64,000 nt of DNA from a virus. The stretch covers positions 64,001 through 128,000 of the IMG/VR virus record IMGVR_UViG_3300036790_000425; one strand, given 5' to 3'. The position numbers were made by a program, and so were the translations under genes. This document shows positions 59,953 to 64,000 of this stretch, one piece after another. The notes beneath the pieces were generated by a model. It ran no database searches and was not told where the DNA came from. It saw only the letters and a list, made by a program, of their open reading frames with translations. How positions within the stretch are numbered: position 1 is the stretch's first letter; each line of letters begins with the position of its first letter.

Positions 59953-59998
59953 GGGGATACCTTCCGCTTCCGGGCAATCCGGTCAGCGTAGCCCAGTA

Positions 59999-60700
59999 TC
60001 AGAAGCGGGCTCTCCAGCTGCGGTCGGCAGCGTAGATCCGCAGCGGGATGATCCCGGCCCGCTGGGCAGCCAGGGACATGGCATGATTCAGGAACAGCCG
60101 GGGGGCCAGCCCGGGGTGCCGCCAGCGGACCCCGATATTGCCTCTCGCCACTGCCCCGCCTGAGCGACCCGGGGTGGTGCCCGGGCGGCCGGCCTCACGG
60201 CGCCCGACCCGGCCGGGGGCACCGGGGTAGCTCGCCGGGACGGTGTACTCCTGGTAGGTCCCGTCCGCCACCTTGCGCCGCACCGTCCGGCGGGTGCCTG
60301 GCATCGCGGCCCGCCGGAAGATCAGGATCTGGGTCTTGCCCGAGAGGGTGAGCCGGGTCCGGGCCCTCGGGTTCTTCTGGCGCTCCTCGCCGGTCGGGTC
60401 GTCGATCCACATCGGGATCGTCTTGCCGGCCAGGGCGAACATCGTGAACGGCCGGATGCCCTGCTCCTGGAACCACACGTACGAATCCTGGAACCCGACC
60501 CCGAAGAAGCCGGTGCCGTACAGCGGGAACAGCCGGGAGGCGGCCGTGCCGGACAGTTTCGGCATCACCCGCCGGGCCTCCCGGACGGCCTCGTTGGCCA
60601 TCATCCGGGCCCGCTTCCCGGACAGTCCCGGGACTTTCATGATCAGCCGGTCAGGGTGCGGGCTGATCATCATCTCCTGGGTCTCCAGGAGCCCGGGCAC
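59999..60700 (-). CDS. Neck/virion morphogenesis protein
   Basis: Basic protein. YVWFQE.G..PFTM..L.GK.IP, W.HPGL.PR.FL. Lies between the head-tail gene and the terminator. Confidence 0.65.
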   Translation of the reverse strand: MPGLLETQEMMISPHPDRLIMKVPGLSGKRARMMANEAVREARRVMPKLSGTAASRLFPLYGTGFFGVGFQDSYVWFQEQGIRPFTMFALAGKTIPMWIDDPTGEERQKNPRARTRLTLSGKTQILIFRRAAMPGTRRTVRRKVADGTYQEYTVPASYPGAPGRVGRREAGRPGTTPGRSGGAVARGNIGVRWRHPGLAPRLFLNHAMSLAAQRAGIIPLRIYAADRSWRARF

Positions 60701-60703
60701 GAG

Positions 60704-62728
60704 TCAGCTCCCGGGCGGCAGGGAAGCCGGCGGCTGGTAGCTGCCCGATGCCGCCGGGGGCGGGCTCTCCTGCGGGATCAGCGGCCCGTTCAGCTGCTCG
60801 ATCCAGGCATAGCTCACCGGTACCCGGGTGTAAGTGCCGAGCGCGACGGCCAGCAGCTCTCCCGGCGGCGGGATGACGTAGGCCACCGAGGCGCGCGGAT
60901 CCTCCAGGCTGGCGTTCATCAGGTTGTAGGCGATGGCCGCCGTCTGCTGCCACGGCGTGGCGAAGCCGGTCCGCAGGGTGACCCGGCCGGGCACCGCGAG
61001 CTGGTAGCGGCGGCCGTCGGAGCGGAACATGTAGTCCAGTGTGTGAGCCCGGAAGTCCGGGGTGGCCTGGATGGAGACCGTGCCGGGATTGACCACGCCC
61101 TTGCGGCTGCGCTGGAGGTTCTGCTCGGTGTCGGTCAGGATGGCCGGCCGGATGATCAGCGCCCGCACGCCGGGAACCTGGACCGTGGCCGCCGCGATGA
61201 TCTGGGTGCCGAAGCACAGCGTGCACCGGTACTGGTTACCCTGCCCGTAGGCGGCAGCGATCGCTGCCTCCGGGCCGGTACCGTAATCGGGCTGGGCCGG
61301 GCTCAGCGGGATGACCCGGCCCGGCTCGAAGCACCTGGTGCAGCGCTGCGCGATGCCCGCGGCCAGGTCCTCGGGCCGCCACAGCAGGCAGAACATGACC
61401 AGCTCCCCGTACTGCCACAGGGCCTGGGCGTGCCGCTGCCGCTCCTGCTCGATCGTGAAGTGCTGGACGTCGCGCTGCCAGGCCGGCTGCTCGCGCGGCG
61501 GCGGCGCGGACCAGGGGGTGATCCGGGTCTCCGCGACCGTGGTCATCGAGGCGCTGGCGGCCATCACGGCCTGAGTGACGACAGTATTAAGCGGCACGGC
61601 GCTGAGAGCCGCCGCAGCGCTCAGCGGGGCACGGGCCAGGGCATCACCCGTGGCCGTCGCCCGCAGCGTCATGGCGGCCCGCAGGGACGCGCGGGCGGCC
61701 CTTGAGACGCCGGCCGCGGCGGCGAGGTGCGGGCTGGCGGCCAGGTGCGCCGCCGGGTGCACCAGCGGGATGGCCTGGAGGACCGGGGAGGCACTCAGGT
61801 GGGCGGCCGTGACAGCGGTCCGGCGTGCTGCCGCCTGGACGGCCGCAGCTGCGCTCAGGTGGGCCGCGGCGGGGATGACGCGGCCTCCGGTGACGGTCAG
61901 CCGGGGCTGGGCGCTCAGGCCCGCTGAGGCCCGCTGGGACCGGAAGCCGTCAGCTGTCAGCAGGGCGTGCGCCGTGAGCGCGGCAGCGGCCCGCCCGGTG
62001 ACCGAGGCAGCGCCCGCGAGGTGAGCCGAGGCGGCCAGGGCAGCGCGGGCCGCCCGGAGCGCGATCGCCGGGGCAGTCAGGACCGGGATGGCGGCCAGGT
62101 GCACCGCAGACTGGGAGGTCGCGGCCGTCAGGACAGGGACCGCGGCCAGGTGAGCCGAGACCCGGACGGTCAGCAGCGGGACGGCACCGAGGGCGGGCGC
62201 GGCGGCCAGCGGGATGACTGCGAAGTGGCTCACCAGCGCGCCGGCTTGCAGTACCGGGCTGGCGGCGAGCGCGGCGGCCCCGGCGCGGGCCGTGCTGGCC
62301 GAGGCGGTCAGCTGGCTGCCGGCTGCGAGCACCGCGCCGGCGGACTGGCCGGGGACCAGCAGGACAGGATCAGCGGCCAGGTGCACGCTGACGGCCGACA
62401 CCGATGCGGTCAGGACCGGCAGGGCATGCAGCGCGGCGGCGGCCTGCGCGGTGACCAGGGCCCCGGCGGTGAGCTGCGGGTCGGCTGACAGCGTCGGGAC
62501 GAAGGCGCTGGCGGTCAGCACCGGGCTGGCGGCCAGGGCGGCCCGGGCGTTCTTGATGACCCGGGCCTGGGCGGTCAGTCTCGGGGCGGCGGCCAGCGCG
62601 GTCGCGGTGCCGCCGACACCCAGGGTGAAGGCGGCGGCCAGCGGGGCCGCGCCGCGCTGGGTGAAGGACCCGGCGGCAGCCAGCCGGAATCCGGCGGAGA
62701 GCGCCGCGGCAGCGTTCACGGTGGCCAC
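60704..62728 (-). CDS. Head-tail adaptor/closure-like domain fused to a long N-terminal Ala-rich repeat region
   Basis: Roughly 17-18 copies of A.L.A.P.L.A, then a domain with RCTRC and CTLCFGT. Confidence 0.7.
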   Translation of the reverse strand: MATVNAAAALSAGFRLAAAGSFTQRGAAPLAAAFTLGVGGTATALAAAPRLTAQARVIKNARAALAASPVLTASAFVPTLSADPQLTAGALVTAQAAAALHALPVLTASVSAVSVHLAADPVLLVPGQSAGAVLAAGSQLTASASTARAGAAALAASPVLQAGALVSHFAVIPLAAAPALGAVPLLTVRVSAHLAAVPVLTAATSQSAVHLAAIPVLTAPAIALRAARAALAASAHLAGAASVTGRAAAALTAHALLTADGFRSQRASAGLSAQPRLTVTGGRVIPAAAHLSAAAAVQAAARRTAVTAAHLSASPVLQAIPLVHPAAHLAASPHLAAAAGVSRAARASLRAAMTLRATATGDALARAPLSAAAALSAVPLNTVVTQAVMAASASMTTVAETRITPWSAPPPREQPAWQRDVQHFTIEQERQRHAQALWQYGELVMFCLLWRPEDLAAGIAQRCTRCFEPGRVIPLSPAQPDYGTGPEAAIAAAYGQGNQYRCTLCFGTQIIAAATVQVPGVRALIIRPAILTDTEQNLQRSRKGVVNPGTVSIQATPDFRAHTLDYMFRSDGRRYQLAVPGRVTLRTGFATPWQQTAAIAYNLMNASLEDPRASVAYVIPPPGELLAVALGTYTRVPVSYAWIEQLNGPLIPQESPPPAASGSYQPPASLPPGS

Positions 62729-62731
62729 TGG

Positions 62732-62986
62732 CTACTCCCCCGCTGGCGCGTGCTCGTGCTCCCGGCCGGTGGTCTCCCGGTACAGGTCGGCCGCGATCTT
62801 GCGGGCCAGGCGGGCCTCCAGGAGCGCATCCTGGGCCGCCTTGCTGCTCTCCCGCCGCATCCAGCTGACGGCGCGCGACAAGGGCCTGCGGGCCAGGTAG
62901 GCGGCGACCACGGTGATCAGGGCCTCCAGGGGCATCGCGCCGATGTTGCCGCCAACCCAGGTCCAGTAGCGACCGAACACCGGCAC
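62732..62986 (-). CDS. Small membrane protein
   Basis: One hydrophobic segment followed by a charged C-terminus. Confidence 0.55.
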   Translation of the reverse strand: MPVFGRYWTWVGGNIGAMPLEALITVVAAYLARRPLSRAVSWMRRESSKAAQDALLEARLARKIAADLYRETTGREHEHAPAGE

Positions 62987-63020
62987 CTCCCGGGCTGCTC
63001 ACATCTTCTGTGGGCAACGG

Positions 63021-63117
63021 CAGAGCCCCTGGCGCCGGGGGCGAGTCCAGGGGCTCTGATGCAGGAACACGGGGGCAGAACCTGCTGTGGCGGGAGGCCG
63101 GGGGTTGCATTCCCGCC
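63021..63117 (-). ncRNA. Candidate 6C-like sRNA with three hairpins, each with a CCCCCG loop
   Basis: TAATCT -10 box (63125-63130) 7 nt upstream. Stems GGCGGGA/TCCCGCC, GCAGG/CCTGC and CAGAGCCCCTGG/CCAGGGGCTCTG. Confidence 0.65.
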
Positions 63118-63187
63118 GGGGTCAAGATTACCCCCGGGCGGACTGTTTACTCGGACCTGGCGATCCAGGCGATTCCGCCTGCAACCT

Positions 63188-63409
63188 CTAGCCCGTGAGC
63201 GGCCCCAGCACCAGGGGAGCCGGGTGGCGCACCTGCATGCCGAGCATCTCATCAAGAAGCAGCTGCCGGCGGAACCGGCTCAGGTCCTCCTGCTCGGTGA
63301 AGTAGACCATCAGCTCGCGCCGCAGGACACGGCCCTGGCGACTCCGCCGGCTCCGGGCAGCGCGATCGGGGCTGCGGAGGGAATGCCGGAGACGCTGATG
63401 CCGGCTCAT
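63188..63409 (-). CDS. Small basic hypothetical protein
   Basis: ATGA-coupled to the upstream gene. Confidence 0.45.
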   Translation of the reverse strand: MSRHQRLRHSLRSPDRAARSRRSRQGRVLRRELMVYFTEQEDLSRFRRQLLLDEMLGMQVRHPAPLVLGPLTG

Positions 63410-63747
63410 CCCGGCAGGAACTCCAGCATCAGCTTCCCGTCGGTGATCCTGGCGCGATACCGGCCCGTCTGATCATCTGGCGGCCCCGGCAGGGCATGGA
63501 CCAGCAGGTGCACCGGGCAGGAGAACAGGTCACCCAGCCGGTCGCGCAGCGGGTGCCGGACGGTGTAGCTGTCGGCTCCGAAGACCACGACGTGCTCGGT
63601 CTCCCGGTCGGACAGGATCTTCTGGGCTGCGCCCTGGTCAGGGCAGTCCGGGCCCAGGCAGGAGATCATCCCGCCGGCCATCAGGTGCAGGGTCTCTCCG
63701 CAGCCCATCGGGCAGCAGGCGCCGGCAATATCACGGATCGGTGGCAT
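63406..63747 (-). CDS. Cys-rich hypothetical protein, probably leaderless
   Basis: CPMGCG.TL, C....CP, H.L..RL..L..C..H. TAGGAT-N6-ATG. Confidence 0.7.
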   Translation of the reverse strand: MPPIRDIAGACCPMGCGETLHLMAGGMISCLGPDCPDQGAAQKILSDRETEHVVVFGADSYTVRHPLRDRLGDLFSCPVHLLVHALPGPPDDQTGRYRARITDGKLMLEFLPG

Positions 63748-63766
63748 GCGGGAATCCTAGCTAAGG

Positions 63767-63964
63767 CTAGATGTTGTTGTCCCAGCCGTGATTGATCTGG
63801 TCCGCCGGGCGCGGGGTCCCGGCGGCGAGAACATCCCACAGCATGCCGGGGTCCTCGCTGTTCTTCAGGGTCACCCTGTCACCGATCCTTACCCGCGCCT
63901 CAATCCAGCAGGTCCGGACGGTGGTGCCCGAGCGCAGGAACGCCTGGGTCAGCAGCTTCGCCAT
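63767..63964 (-). CDS. Small hypothetical protein, probably leaderless
   Basis: TAGTAT-N6-ATG, 65 aa. Confidence 0.6.
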   Translation of the reverse strand: MAKLLTQAFLRSGTTVRTCWIEARVRIGDRVTLKNSEDPGMLWDVLAAGTPRPADQINHGWDNNI

Positions 63965-64000
63965 GCGCCGATACTAGCTGGGCGTTCTCTCCCGGCTCGA

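Noticed and set aside
63100-63190. Ribozyme or riboswitch-like three-way junction (GGTTGCA/TGCAACC, GGCGGA/TCCGCC)
   Set aside because: I could not match hammerhead, HDV-like or known riboswitch cores by eye. The three-hairpin C-loop model downstream of TAATCT explains the region better. It is retained only as a possible alternative fold.
1-64000. tRNA, rRNA, inteins or introns
   Set aside because: No cloverleaf or T-loop pattern was noticed in the intergenic gaps, and DnaE, RecA and the helicases have normal lengths without intein motifs. This was checked by eye only.

Overview
This high-GC window is a 64-kb segment of a large actinobacterial contractile-tailed (myovirus-like) phage or prophage; the host assignment is inferred from Lsr2, DivIVA, TraB and DUF2637 homologues. 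Almost all genes lie on the minus strand. From left to right it holds: (1) a replication/recombination module (PD-(D/E)XK nucleases, RecA, DnaE, probable SSB, Prim-Pol/SF3 helicase with an adjacent GTGCAC repeat cluster, 5'-3' exonuclease); (2) an array of promoter-gene-terminator cassettes including ArdC and a GIY-YIG nuclease; (3) a Streptomyces-type conjugation module (TraB/FtsK translocase, DUF2637 Spd-like protein, Arg-rich membrane protein, GATCAC repeat array) next to a DivIVA-domain gene; (4) a GH25 endolysin plus DinG and SNF2 helicases; (5) a contractile tail and baseplate operon with a -1 frameshifted chaperone, interrupted by Lsr2, a SLOG/SLT island and a flavohemoglobin plus PNPOx-family island. 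No capsid, terminase or integrase gene is visible in the window. The most notable observations are: a phage-borne TraB/Spd/DivIVA module whose two divergent promoters carry the same 18-bp box as other phage promoters (candidate conjugative phage); a ~97-nt sRNA candidate with three hairpins that each display CCCCCG (6C-like); a phage flavohemoglobin; a dead-plus-active pair of GH26-like barrels on a baseplate protein; and two recurring regulatory motifs (TAGCAA-N6-CTGTAT and CCCCGGAAG). All product calls come from motif recognition by eye; no database searches were run.
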